NCBI GenBank assembly: GCA_051251855.1
Contig: JBPOGI010000004.1
Coordinates: 396,675-460,674 of the forward strand
From: Roseibacillus sp.
Lineage (GTDB): Bacteria > Verrucomicrobiota > Verrucomicrobiia > Verrucomicrobiales > Akkermansiaceae
Length of the DNA: 64,000 bases
Reading direction: 5' to 3'
Part shown: one piece after another, positions 18,525 to 28,481 of the stretch
Layout: every line of letters starts with the position of its first letter
How positions within the stretch are numbered: position 1 is the stretch's first letter
Made by a program: the position numbers and the translations under genes
Notes under the pieces: model-generated
Told to the model about the DNA's origin: nothing
Seen by the model: the letters and a program-made list of their open reading frames with translations, nothing else
Databases searched by the model: none

Positions 18525-19364
18525 ATGTCTAACTCCCCAAAGCTTCACCTTGCCTGTGGACGACGCTTTCACCCCGATTGGCACAATCTCGATTTCAGCC
18601 CTATGGTCGAGGGGGTAATTGTTCACAACCTCACCGAGCCTCTCCCCTACGAGACCAGTAGCGTTGCCTGCTGCCACTCGGCCCACGTCTTAGGGCACTT
18701 TCGCAAGGAGCAAGCCGAAGCCTTCCTGAGCGAACAACTTCGTGTCCTCGAGCCGGGCGGCATCGCTCGCTTCGCCGTACCTGACCTCCAACAAGTGATC
18801 CACGAATATAGAGAACTGATTGGCCCCCTTTGCGAAGGCGACTACGACCGTGCAGCCGACTATGAATGGAATCAAATCGAACTCTATGATCAGGTTGACC
18901 GATCGTTCTATGGCGGAAAGATGGCGAAATTTCTCGCGCAAGATCCCGTCCCCAACCGTGACTACGTTATCAAACGTATCGGCGAAGAGGGGCGTGAACT
19001 CATGGACGCGCCGCATGATGGAAAAATCGTTCAAACCAAGCTGAAACTCGAACATCTTGGCTACTACTTTAAAAAAGCTCGCCTCAAACTCACTCGCGGA
19101 GTCGTTCAAATCTTAGCAGGTAAAGAGGCAGCCCTCGCCTTCCACGAAGGCTGCTTCCGACGCTTCTCAGGCGAAGTCCAGTGGAAGGTCTATGACCAAT
19201 ATTCCCTCACACGCGACCTACTCGCACTTGGATTCACTGACATCCGTCGCTGCCATCACGACGAAAGCAGAATCCCTGACTTTAAAGATTTCAGCTTCGA
19301 CAGCGATGAGCAAGGCAACGAACGCAAACCAGAATCTCTCTATCTGGAAGCAACGAAACCCTAA
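18525..19364 (+). CDS. Class I SAM-dependent methyltransferase (glycan-locus type)
   Basis: KLHLACG...W.NLD...PLPY...HVL.H...RVLEPGG.....VPD...SLYLEA.K. Confidence 0.85.
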   Translation: MSNSPKLHLACGRRFHPDWHNLDFSPMVEGVIVHNLTEPLPYETSSVACCHSAHVLGHFRKEQAEAFLSEQLRVLEPGGIARFAVPDLQQVIHEYRELIGPLCEGDYDRAADYEWNQIELYDQVDRSFYGGKMAKFLAQDPVPNRDYVIKRIGEEGRELMDAPHDGKIVQTKLKLEHLGYYFKKARLKLTRGVVQILAGKEAALAFHEGCFRRFSGEVQWKVYDQYSLTRDLLALGFTDIRRCHHDESRIPDFKDFSFDSDEQGNERKPESLYLEATKP

Positions 19365-20122
19365 TGAATACGCAGCGTCTCTACCGTGCCGCCCGCAAGC
19401 TAGTGCGCCCTCTCAGAAGACGCCTACAGTCAGCACCCCCACCTGCGTCTCTAGATGACTTCCAAGAGTCTTCCCTTGTACTAGTAGCCCATCCCGACGA
19501 CGAAGTCTTTTGCTCCGGCTTGATTCGCGAGCTTCTTACAAGGGGAAAGGAAGTCCACCTCGTGTGCTTTACCCGCGGAGAAGGCGGTGAACGTAGCCTC
19601 ACCACCAGTGACGGTCCATTGGGGAAAATTCGCGAACAAGAGCTTTCCGAAGCAGCTAAAGTTCTCGACGTCTCCAGTCTCACTTTTCTTGATTTTGTCG
19701 ATCCCGCGAGCAAAGACGGCCAACTCTCAGAGCCAGAACACGATAGCTCGGAACTTTTGGCAGAACTTGAAAACCTCATCAAAAAATTCTCAGTTACGAA
19801 TCTGATTACCCATGGATCAAGCGGAGAGTATTGGCACCCCGCACACCTTTGTCTTCACCGTCATAGTCGCATCCTCAATCGGCGCCTTTCAGACTTACAA
19901 CTCTGGACATTCAACGCATGGACCCCCGAGCACCGGCTCCCCAACGTGCTCAACCAAGATGACCAAGCCAGTTTAACATTTGAAACCTCAGCCCACCATA
20001 AAAGTCGGCTTCAAGCTCTTAGCTGCCATCACTCCCAGAGACAGGTTTTCGAACGCTTTGCCAAGGGAAGTGTCGCTGACTTCATCTCCCTGTCCAACAC
20101 CGAAAGCTACCGTAAGTGGTAA
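19364..20122 (+). CDS. PIG-L/LmbE family deacetylase
   Basis: AHPDDE, TRGEGG, R..E, HPAH and H.SQ motifs. Confidence 0.9.
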   Translation: MNTQRLYRAARKLVRPLRRRLQSAPPPASLDDFQESSLVLVAHPDDEVFCSGLIRELLTRGKEVHLVCFTRGEGGERSLTTSDGPLGKIREQELSEAAKVLDVSSLTFLDFVDPASKDGQLSEPEHDSSELLAELENLIKKFSVTNLITHGSSGEYWHPAHLCLHRHSRILNRRLSDLQLWTFNAWTPEHRLPNVLNQDDQASLTFETSAHHKSRLQALSCHHSQRQVFERFAKGSVADFISLSNTESYRKW

Positions 20123-20134
20123 CGAATCTCCCCC

Positions 20135-21379
20135 ATGAAAGTTCTCTCACTCTCTACCTCGGATCTCTCAGGCGGTGCCGCCATCGCCGCCTCGCGCCTT
20201 CATCAAGGCCTAAGAGCAGACAACATCGACTCCAAGATGATTGTCGGCGAAAAGATGGGCAGCGACCCGCATACCACCGCCCTCAATAATAACCTCACAT
20301 TCTCCCTTCGACGGAACCTAGACCAACTCCCCCTCAAATTTGAGAAATCACCTGAGTCGATCGGTCATCGATCACTCGCTTGGCTCCCCAATAAAAAACT
20401 GGCGCAAGCCGTCGCCTCGCAATCCCCAGACCTCATTCATCTTCACTGGACACAAAATGGCTTTATGCCTTTGAGCCTTCTAGAGAAAATCACAAAACCC
20501 ATTGTTTGGACTTTTCACGATCTCTGGCCCGTCTGCGGAAGCCTCCACCACGAGTATACCAACGACCTTCGTTACCCAGAAATCTACAGCTCTCGCAACC
20601 GTCCTTCTTCTAGAAAAGGGCCGGACCTCGACCGCCGTATCGCCAATAAAAAGGCACGCACCTACGCTCAACATCACATCGAAGCCATCGTTCCGAGTCG
20701 ATGGATGGCCACTCAAGTCAAGAAATCTCACCTCTGGCAGCACCGACCTCTTACCGTGATTCCTATCGGTCTCGACACTCAGATCTTTAAACCCGTGGAT
20801 AAGGCTGCAGCACGCAACCTCTTAAACCTACCACCAGGCAAAACCCTGATTCTTTTTGGTGCCATGTATGCCGGCTCCGACAAGAACAAGGGTTATCCCC
20901 AACTACGTGAGGCACTCGAACAACTTTCATTACCCAAAGACGAAGTTGAACTCGTCATCTTCGGCATGTCGGCGCCCTCTCCCGGAGAGGAACCCTTACC
21001 CTACCATGCTCACTGGATGGGTGTTTTGCGCGACCCCTATACCCTAGCTGCACTTTATTCTGCCGCCGATGTTATGGTCGTTCCTTCATTGCAGGAATCT
21101 TTTGGTCAAACCGCCTCCGAATCACTCTCTTGCGGAACCCCTGTAGTCTCCTTCGATACCTCTGGCCTCAAGGATATCGTCGATCACCAACAGAACGGCT
21201 ACCTTGCCAAGCCCTTTGAATCTGCTGATCTGGCGGCAGGAATCCGCTTCGTCCTAGCTGATTCAAATCGCTATCAATCACTCTCCGCTCAAGCGCGAGA
21301 AAAAGTAGTCTCCACGTTCAGTCTACCCGCAGTGGTGGCCAAGCATCGCGAAGTTTATGCAAAACAACTAGAAGCTTAG
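20135..21379 (+). CDS. Glycosyltransferase family 4 (WcaC-like)
   Basis: GGAAIAASRLH, HLHW, WTFHDLW, KG, ESFGQT..E...CGTPVV. Confidence 0.93.
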   Translation: MKVLSLSTSDLSGGAAIAASRLHQGLRADNIDSKMIVGEKMGSDPHTTALNNNLTFSLRRNLDQLPLKFEKSPESIGHRSLAWLPNKKLAQAVASQSPDLIHLHWTQNGFMPLSLLEKITKPIVWTFHDLWPVCGSLHHEYTNDLRYPEIYSSRNRPSSRKGPDLDRRIANKKARTYAQHHIEAIVPSRWMATQVKKSHLWQHRPLTVIPIGLDTQIFKPVDKAAARNLLNLPPGKTLILFGAMYAGSDKNKGYPQLREALEQLSLPKDEVELVIFGMSAPSPGEEPLPYHAHWMGVLRDPYTLAALYSAADVMVVPSLQESFGQTASESLSCGTPVVSFDTSGLKDIVDHQQNGYLAKPFESADLAAGIRFVLADSNRYQSLSAQAREKVVSTFSLPAVVAKHREVYAKQLEA

Positions 21380-22665
21380 GATTTCCCCTTCTGAGCCACA
21401 TCCACGGTCAGCGCTCCCATTTCTAGCAGCTCACTGAACACCTCATCAAGGCGCTTCCTATCGTGGAGGGCGTGATACTCGGAGTAGCGCTGAGCGAGAG
21501 CTTGGCCATTCCAATCTTCACCCGCCAGAACCTTCCGAATCGCTTGCTCGCCTTCCGCTGCGTTGCCCTGCTCGATAGTGAGTCCCATCCCAAACTGCTC
21601 AACTCTTCCACCGACACACTCCCCGCGAGTGGCAATGAGAGGACGATGAAAAATCGCCCCTTTGGTGAGAGCATTGCTACTTCCCTCAAAATCTTCGTAG
21701 GCAGCATAGATGACGTCGAACACCTTAATCAGAGAATTAAAATCGGCCCCGTCATTCACTCGGTCACCAGGCAAATCAAGGTAGATATTATTGAGCTCAC
21801 CTGCGTTGACGCGGGCTTGCACAGATGCCACATAGGCCTGCTCTTCCTCGTTGCAAGTATCTTGAGCGTACTTTCCCGCTGCCACAAAAAACCAATCCTC
21901 TCGGTCAACTGTAGCCTCTGCGATCTTAAGCATCGTTATAAAGCCCTTTCTCTTCTCGAGGCTCACCATTCCAATGATTTTTCGGCCAGCAGCCTTCTTG
22001 ATGATTTCCAGAGCAAAGGGACTGGGAACCTCAGGTCGTCCTTCATTGGTGATATCAGGAAACTCGACAATCTTCTTTCCACTCTCTTGAGCCATCACTC
22101 TCGAGAAACGCTCATCAAGCACTCCAACCGCAACGAGATGCTCATTCTTCAAACTACGGTCTCCTTTAGCCGCTTTACGCACTGAGCTAAGAGATTCCCC
22201 AAAATGATGATTTCGGAAGTAGAGTCCCGACCACGGCACCCCAAGTTTAGACGCCAACTTCGTCGAAGGCTGAAAACGCAAATACGAATCAAGCCACGGC
22301 AAAAAGACAAAGTCCGCGGCATAGCCACACTCTTTAGCGGTTTGGTTAATGGCGCTCTTGAGACATCGCCATCTCACCACAGTGCTTACAGGGTCGTGGT
22401 CTTGGCCCGGGCGAAAGTAAGCTTTGTCAGGATCATCCAATTTCCCAACAAAAACTCGTTCCTCGAAATTGACACCCATCCGTTTGCAGATAAGTCGCGC
22501 CTCCGTTTCAAACTGCTCTGGCTCACGACAAAGGCCCATCACCCGATGCCCAAGACGCAGCAAGGACGCGGTAAACTCGAAAAAATAGGTCGGGTGATGA
22601 CCATCCCAGCGGGGGTCTGCCAAGACAACGGTCTTTGGGGTAGGATCGTTTAGGTTCATAGTCAT
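21376..22665 (-). CDS. Glycosyltransferase (GT-B fold)
   Basis: DP..DGHHPTY, KRKG, YE.F.GSSN.L.K, P.I......G motifs. Confidence 0.8.
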   Translation of the reverse strand: MTMNLNDPTPKTVVLADPRWDGHHPTYFFEFTASLLRLGHRVMGLCREPEQFETEARLICKRMGVNFEERVFVGKLDDPDKAYFRPGQDHDPVSTVVRWRCLKSAINQTAKECGYAADFVFLPWLDSYLRFQPSTKLASKLGVPWSGLYFRNHHFGESLSSVRKAAKGDRSLKNEHLVAVGVLDERFSRVMAQESGKKIVEFPDITNEGRPEVPSPFALEIIKKAAGRKIIGMVSLEKRKGFITMLKIAEATVDREDWFFVAAGKYAQDTCNEEEQAYVASVQARVNAGELNNIYLDLPGDRVNDGADFNSLIKVFDVIYAAYEDFEGSSNALTKGAIFHRPLIATRGECVGGRVEQFGMGLTIEQGNAAEGEQAIRKVLAGEDWNGQALAQRYSEYHALHDRKRLDEVFSELLEMGALTVDVAQKGKS

Positions 22666-22676
22666 ATTTTTCCTAT

Positions 22677-23876
22677 TTAGAGTTGCTGCATGAGGCTTTC
22701 AAAGCGGTCCCCAATCAATTTCACATCAAAAGTTTTTTCGGCATAAGCGCGGGCTCTTTCTGCCATCGCCTCGGCCCGCTCGCGGTCATTATACAACGTC
22801 TCCGCGGCTTTCCAGAATCCCTCTTCATCTGCGGGACCCACCGTTAAACCCGCATCCTCTTCACGAATGATGCGTGCGGCAAGATTGACCTCAGGAACAG
22901 CCAGAAGTATGGGCTTCTTTGCACACAGATAAGTGAGAACCTTGCTCGGCACAGAGAATACACCCGCATCTTCCTCTAGAACCCCGGTAAGGACATCTCC
23001 ACTCGCGAGCACTTGAGGAAGTTTGTCAAAGGGCTGGTAGCCAAGAAGAATCAAATTGGACAAGCCCTTGGCTTCTTTTTGCTCTTTCAACCAATCGGAG
23101 CCCATTCCTTCAGAAACCACGACCACACGAACATCATCGTTGTCCTTGAACTGCTCCGCAACTCCTAGCAACAGATTGGGGTTGTGCTTCATTCCCAAAG
23201 TTCCGGTATAAAGCACCACGAACTTTCCATTGAGACCTTGCTCACGAGCCCAATCATTGTCCTTAGGTTCAACAGGGAGGCTCTCTAAAGGAGCCCAGTT
23301 GGGAATGGTCGTCACTTTTTCAGGCTTCACCCCAAACTCATCAATCATGATAGGCTTAAAATCTTCCGTTATTGCCACGACGTGATCCGATGCTTGGAGA
23401 TGCTTTCGGTCGATCCCCTTGTAGTAATTCCCAATGAAGCCTCCGAAAATTGGGATCTTTTTCCTCACCAGTTTGTCCACTGCAATGCTGTAAAAATCTT
23501 GGCACCAGTAAACAAACTTGGCTCCCACTTCCCGACTGCCACTGAGGACACCCGTTTGAGATTCGGTGGGGGTGTTTGCTGAAATTACCAACTCAGGTTT
23601 CCACTCGCGAATCATCTTGGCCGCAGACTGGCCATACTCAATCTCCATCGCACGCCTCTTGATAAAAGAGTATTTGAATTTAGCGTAGTCTTCACTCATC
23701 GGAACTTCGAAAGAGTCGAAGCAATCGGGATCACTTTCGCGCTTTTGAAGCTCACCTCGTGGGGTTTGAAGACCACCCGCGTAAGCATGCCGGACCGTAT
23801 GACCACGGCTCGCAAGCTCGCGGCTGAGTTGCACCTGGAATGGGTGACCAGCATAGTCGTGAACAAGAATTTTCAT
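22677..23876 (-). CDS. Glycosyltransferase family 4 (WcaI/WbuB-like)
   Basis: W.QD, IPNW, YTGTLG.KH, VPSKV..YL...KP motifs. Confidence 0.92.
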   Translation of the reverse strand: MKILVHDYAGHPFQVQLSRELASRGHTVRHAYAGGLQTPRGELQKRESDPDCFDSFEVPMSEDYAKFKYSFIKRRAMEIEYGQSAAKMIREWKPELVISANTPTESQTGVLSGSREVGAKFVYWCQDFYSIAVDKLVRKKIPIFGGFIGNYYKGIDRKHLQASDHVVAITEDFKPIMIDEFGVKPEKVTTIPNWAPLESLPVEPKDNDWAREQGLNGKFVVLYTGTLGMKHNPNLLLGVAEQFKDNDDVRVVVVSEGMGSDWLKEQKEAKGLSNLILLGYQPFDKLPQVLASGDVLTGVLEEDAGVFSVPSKVLTYLCAKKPILLAVPEVNLAARIIREEDAGLTVGPADEEGFWKAAETLYNDRERAEAMAERARAYAEKTFDVKLIGDRFESLMQQL

Positions 23877-23989
23877 GGAGGGGAAGAGCGGTCTTTCATC
23901 GACAAAAAGTCTGACGCGCCGCTGCGACTTTACCCTATCGACAAGAAAATGAACACTACAAGTTCACAGAAATTGAATATCCACCAAAA

Positions 23990-24679
23990 CTAGGGAGTTC
24001 GGTCACGCTTACCAAAGATAGCCGACCCAATCCTAACCATGGTAGAGCCTTCAGCGATAGCCGCCTCAAAGTCTCCGCTCATTCCCATACTGAGCTGCGG
24101 GAGAACGAGACCACTCTTGGATGAAAGCTGATCTCGAAGCTCTCTCACCTCTGCGAAATAGGGCCTCGCTTCCTCGGAGTTACGAACCGGCGGAGGAATC
24201 GCCATCAATCCTTGCACTTTGAGTGACTTTAGATCGGCTAGCTCCTCTGCTTGAGCCAAAAGGTCGGAAGGCTCGAATCCACTCTTCGAATCCTCCCCAC
24301 CCACCTTCACTTGGAGAAATATCGACTGCTCAACGTTCAGTTCCCCAGCCACCCTAGCGACCGCACTCGCCAACTTGAGAGAATCAATACCTTGCAGGCA
24401 GGCGAACTGCCCTACCACTTTACGCACTTTATTTCGTTGAAGAGGGCCAATGAGATGCCAAGCAATTCCAGAAGGCAGAAGCACTTGTTTCTCAAGCGCT
24501 TCCTGAACTCGATTCTCCCCCAACATTTTTTGACCGGCTTCCACAACCTCGGCAACTACCTCAGCTGGGTAAGTTTTACTCACTGCCAATAATTCAACGT
24601 CACCAACAGAACGCCCAGATCTTTTAACTGCTTCGCCGAGGTGCTCTTTGACCTCGGTCAAGCGTTGCGCAATCGACAT
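23990..24679 (-). CDS. yggS: YggS family PLP homeostasis protein
   Basis: LLAVSKT, GENRVQE, WHLIGPLQRNK, LSMGMSGDF..AI.EGSTMVRIG. Confidence 0.96.
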   Translation of the reverse strand: MSIAQRLTEVKEHLGEAVKRSGRSVGDVELLAVSKTYPAEVVAEVVEAGQKMLGENRVQEALEKQVLLPSGIAWHLIGPLQRNKVRKVVGQFACLQGIDSLKLASAVARVAGELNVEQSIFLQVKVGGEDSKSGFEPSDLLAQAEELADLKSLKVQGLMAIPPPVRNSEEARPYFAEVRELRDQLSSKSGLVLPQLSMGMSGDFEAAIAEGSTMVRIGSAIFGKRDRTP

Positions 24680-24696
24680 CTGCTTGAGACTAGAGA

Positions 24697-26955
24697 CTAC
24701 TGAGTTTGAGCTTTCTCTTTGTCGTCCACCTTAGCGAGGTTGCCCTGCTCAGTAAACTGAATGAGATCGGCCAGAATCTGTATGCTCTCGCGCTTAACCG
24801 CATCAAGCCCACTTGGCCAATCTGGGGTATCATCAAGATCCGCAACCTTATCCTTCGCCACTCTCATATTGGCCTCAGCGTCGCGCTGCCTGTCCACTTC
24901 TTCGAGCTTCTCGTTGTCAAGATCGTCTAAAGTTAGTCGGAAAAACGCCATATTCTTGGCATCTTCTAGTTCCGTTTTTGCAAAACGCTCTCGACGCTCC
25001 TGATTTCGGGTATCTCGGCGCTGCTCTGACGCATCAAGCTCCTTTTGACGAGCTGCACGATTCAAGCTGACCATATTTTCCTCAATACGTTTTTTCGTAC
25101 GGTCAATATCTTCCACGGTGTATGTGAAATCAATGCAGTCAGCTACACGGCCTTTGCTTTTTGCTGCGACCTTTTCAAGAAACAGGTTCTCACGATTCAT
25201 GGGATTGAATCCCCGAGCTGGAGCAATCATATCGTGCGGAAGGGCATGGTCCTGAAATTCCTCCCCGATCTCCAAAGCGTCAGTTAAAGATGGCAGGATG
25301 ATGTCAGGAACAACCCCTTCGAGCTGGGTAGTACTGCCGGTAACCCGATAAAACTTCTGCACAGTCGCCTTCAACGTCCCTGCCCTCGATGAATCCTGAA
25401 AGAACTTGAAGTAACGCCCAATATCCATCGGCTGCTGCACTGTTCCTTTTCCGTAAGTCGAGCTTTCACCTACAACAATTGCTCGATTGTAGTCCTGAAG
25501 CGCGCCCGCAAGAATCTCACTTGCAGAAGCACTCGTCTTGTCAGTTACGACTACCAAAGGACCATCGTATAGAGGCTTACGCATCGTCGACTCTTTGGAA
25601 TCAACCGCTCCCCAACCCTGCTTCACTTGAACGACTGGGCCACGTCCAATGAAGAGTCCCGTCATGCGGCGAACTTCCTCCAACGCACCTCCCCCATTAC
25701 CACGTAGATCGAGAGAAATTCCATCGACGCCCTCTTTCTTGAGCCGACTCACGAGTCGCTGAACATCCTTGTAGACGCTTGGATCTCCATCGTTGAAATC
25801 AAGATAGAAACTCGGAAGAGTAATCCAACCGATCAATTTCTTACTCCCATCGGGTTGACTCATCCTGATGATTTCAGCAGAAGCGGCTTCATCCTTGAGC
25901 TCTACTTTGTCACGTACGATTACAATCTCGCGGACTTCACCTGGTGCACCGTCGGCTGGCTCAACCTTTAGGCGGACTTCTGTGTTCTGTTGCCCACGAA
26001 TGAGTTCCACCACATGGTCAATCTTCATATAGAGCGTATCGGTAAGGTCTCCATTATTGAGAGAATCAACACCGACAATGCGGTCATTGAGCTGAAGCTC
26101 GCCTTGTTTGTCTGCGGGTCCATTCACCACAAGACCGATGATCTTAGTGGCTCCATCGTCTTCCCGCTGCAACAGTGCTCCAATTCCGATCAACTGGTTT
26201 TGAAGACTCGCTTCGAAGCGCTCCATCTGACGAACGCTCATGTAGTCCGTATGGGGGTCGTGAGCTCTTGCTACAGCACTGAAAAAATAAGAGGCAACAT
26301 CCTCTTCGTCTGCACCTTCGATATCCTTGAGAAAACGCTCATAACGCTGTTTGACTGCTTCTCGAGGGCTTTTCTCATCCTTCAGTGGATCCTCTTTGCC
26401 TTGCTCTTCCGCAATACGTTGAATGGCTTCCCTCCTCATTTCCTCGCTCAACACTTCTTCAGCGATTTGTAAGCGCCACAATTCTTGCGCCGCAAAGTCA
26501 TCTTCAGCCCAATCAGCTTTGCGCCGAGAACGCATCACCTTCTTGTCTTCATCAAAATTGAATTTGGCGTTATCAGAAAGCTGCTGAGCAAATTGAACAC
26601 GCTCGCGCACCCGCTCCACGAAACGAGAATAAATTTCCCCTGCAGGCTCCATGGCCCGTTCTTGGACCAAGAGTTGGTCGATTCGCGTCTCCGCCTTGGA
26701 ACCGAAACGTTGCTCGAAACCAACAACGTCCTCTTTTGTGAAATAGAGTTTAGATGGGTCCAAATCTTGAAGAAAATCCTCAAGAATCCGGTCAGTCATA
26801 TCAGCATCAAACTCAAGACCAGCAAAGTGCTTGTTCTCAAGCATGCCGACCATCACTTTGCCAACATCATTAAAATCTGTTTTGCCGCTTAACACTCCAG
26901 GAGAGCAACTGGTAAACATCGCTATCGCCATGAGCGGGCTGGAAATCTTCATCAT
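24697..26955 (-). CDS. prc: Carboxy-terminal processing protease (Prc/Tsp, S41), probable lipoprotein
   Basis: DPHT.Y, GIGA (PDZ), DLRGNGGG, SASASEI, GKGTVQ, GVVPDI; N-terminal MFTSC. Confidence 0.93.
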   Translation of the reverse strand: MMKISSPLMAIAMFTSCSPGVLSGKTDFNDVGKVMVGMLENKHFAGLEFDADMTDRILEDFLQDLDPSKLYFTKEDVVGFEQRFGSKAETRIDQLLVQERAMEPAGEIYSRFVERVRERVQFAQQLSDNAKFNFDEDKKVMRSRRKADWAEDDFAAQELWRLQIAEEVLSEEMRREAIQRIAEEQGKEDPLKDEKSPREAVKQRYERFLKDIEGADEEDVASYFFSAVARAHDPHTDYMSVRQMERFEASLQNQLIGIGALLQREDDGATKIIGLVVNGPADKQGELQLNDRIVGVDSLNNGDLTDTLYMKIDHVVELIRGQQNTEVRLKVEPADGAPGEVREIVIVRDKVELKDEAASAEIIRMSQPDGSKKLIGWITLPSFYLDFNDGDPSVYKDVQRLVSRLKKEGVDGISLDLRGNGGGALEEVRRMTGLFIGRGPVVQVKQGWGAVDSKESTMRKPLYDGPLVVVTDKTSASASEILAGALQDYNRAIVVGESSTYGKGTVQQPMDIGRYFKFFQDSSRAGTLKATVQKFYRVTGSTTQLEGVVPDIILPSLTDALEIGEEFQDHALPHDMIAPARGFNPMNRENLFLEKVAAKSKGRVADCIDFTYTVEDIDRTKKRIEENMVSLNRAARQKELDASEQRRDTRNQERRERFAKTELEDAKNMAFFRLTLDDLDNEKLEEVDRQRDAEANMRVAKDKVADLDDTPDWPSGLDAVKRESIQILADLIQFTEQGNLAKVDDKEKAQTQ

Positions 26956-27062
26956 TCGTAAAATTAACGATTCCAAGGACTATCTTGGTTCGGAATACTT
27001 TCCGTCAGTTCTCCATTATTGTCGAATCAATTTAGAGAATACTGCCCAGCCAGAATGCTTTC

Positions 27063-27785
27063 CTATGGTTTGAGTGCCCTCGCCGCCTTTCTTTGGTCCA
27101 CAATCCATCGCAAGTAGTCCTCCCTAAGAAGTTGTTCCGCCTTTTCAAAATCGATTCGCGCTTCCTCTTGGATAAAGCGTGGTGGTGGCACGGCCTTGCC
27201 GTTCATAAGGGTTACCTTAATTTGCAACTTCTCTTCCCCGCGCATGACCGTCAGAGCGATAGCCTTCCCTGGAGCCGTTCCTCCAACGATCTCTTTTAAC
27301 TTTAGACTTGGTGTTTCACCCGCAATGCTCTGACCCTCAATTTCGGTGACGAGATCCCCAGCCTTCAATCCGGCTTTTTCTGCTGGAGTACCTTCAATAA
27401 CCGCTTCGATGAGCACACCATCCTGAGGCTCTCTAAGATCTTCTAAGCGACCCTCTCCAAGAAGACGCCTCTCACCTGTTGACATCCGAATTCCTATAAA
27501 GCCAGGCCCCTGCTGAGGAATACTTGATTTCTTAAGAGCAAAATGAACTTCCAAAAGAACTTTGGTCAGACGATGGTATTCCTCAGGATCTTCGCTCACA
27601 AGATAGCGCTGGAAAAGAGCCTCTGCCCTCTCTCCTTTCTCTGCTTCGTGAGCCCATTTTGCTAAATCCTTTTCCGCTTCTTGACGGAGACTGAAATCCT
27701 CCGACATCAGTTGCCTGCAAAGCTCATCGAGATCGGCCATCAGCGGACTCGCAAGCAGGATGGAAAGAAGGATTAACGCTCTCAT
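27063..27785 (-). CDS. Secreted PDZ-domain protein
   Basis: Signal peptide; GFIGI...GTPAEKAGLKAGDLV. Confidence 0.85.
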   Translation of the reverse strand: MRALILLSILLASPLMADLDELCRQLMSEDFSLRQEAEKDLAKWAHEAEKGERAEALFQRYLVSEDPEEYHRLTKVLLEVHFALKKSSIPQQGPGFIGIRMSTGERRLLGEGRLEDLREPQDGVLIEAVIEGTPAEKAGLKAGDLVTEIEGQSIAGETPSLKLKEIVGGTAPGKAIALTVMRGEEKLQIKVTLMNGKAVPPPRFIQEEARIDFEKAEQLLREDYLRWIVDQRKAARALKP

Positions 27786-27835
27786 GGGAACCTCCTAGTC
27801 TAGATCGGGAGCAGAACGATAGCAACGAGAACACG

Positions 27836-27869
27836 AAAAAGGCAGGGAATGCCTTCCCTACCTTGCGAA
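27836..27869 (-). terminator. Putative intrinsic terminator after the OPX gene
   Basis: Minus-strand hairpin AAGGTAGGGAAGGCATTCCCTGCC followed by TTTTT. Confidence 0.5.
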
Positions 27870-27890
27870 ATTCTAGAGTGAACTTAGGTA

Positions 27891-28463
27891 CTACTCGCCA
27901 CCGGATTCCCAAGCTTTGACTTGGTCTACCTCAATGGTATCGCTTGGATAGATTTTTTCCAGCTTGTGTTTATCGTTAGTCCTTGGACTGAGAAGATACT
28001 TTTTACCTTCCCGATAGACACTCACTCGCTTCGTCGTCCCAAAAGTGTTAGGTCCCCCTGCTGCTGCAATCGCTTGCGCTAAGGTCATTCCACTCACATA
28101 ATTAATCGGACCTGGACGTTGAACACTACCCGAAACAGTTACCAACTGCTGCAAGTCTGTATCAGCATTTCCGATCTCTTGGATAATGATCGCTGGGGAG
28201 GTGTAAATTTGGGCGCTCTTGTAAGCCTCCTCAATCTTCTTCGCGAGACTTGAGGAGCTCATTCCAGCTGCACGGATCGTTCCAATCTCCCACAGACGAA
28301 TGTTACCACTCGCATCAACGGGATAGGTGGCATTGATTCGGGCCTGCTCACCTGCTGGGACTCCCATTACTGTGATTTGTAACTTTGAATTCTTCTGAAT
28401 TTGGGCAGCCAAAGGTTGCGCCCAAGTGACCACCGTTAGTAGGACTAGTAATAGTATTTTCAT
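27891..28463 (-). CDS. Short polysaccharide export (OPX) protein, Poly_export + SLBB
   Basis: Signal peptide; Y.VD.SG.I.L..IG.I.AAG; V.VSG.V.RPG......MTLAQAIAAAGG. Confidence 0.88.
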   Translation of the reverse strand: MKILLLVLLTVVTWAQPLAAQIQKNSKLQITVMGVPAGEQARINATYPVDASGNIRLWEIGTIRAAGMSSSSLAKKIEEAYKSAQIYTSPAIIIQEIGNADTDLQQLVTVSGSVQRPGPINYVSGMTLAQAIAAAGGPNTFGTTKRVSVYREGKKYLLSPRTNDKHKLEKIYPSDTIEVDQVKAWESGGE

Positions 28464-28481
28464 TTTGATTGCTCGTTAGGA

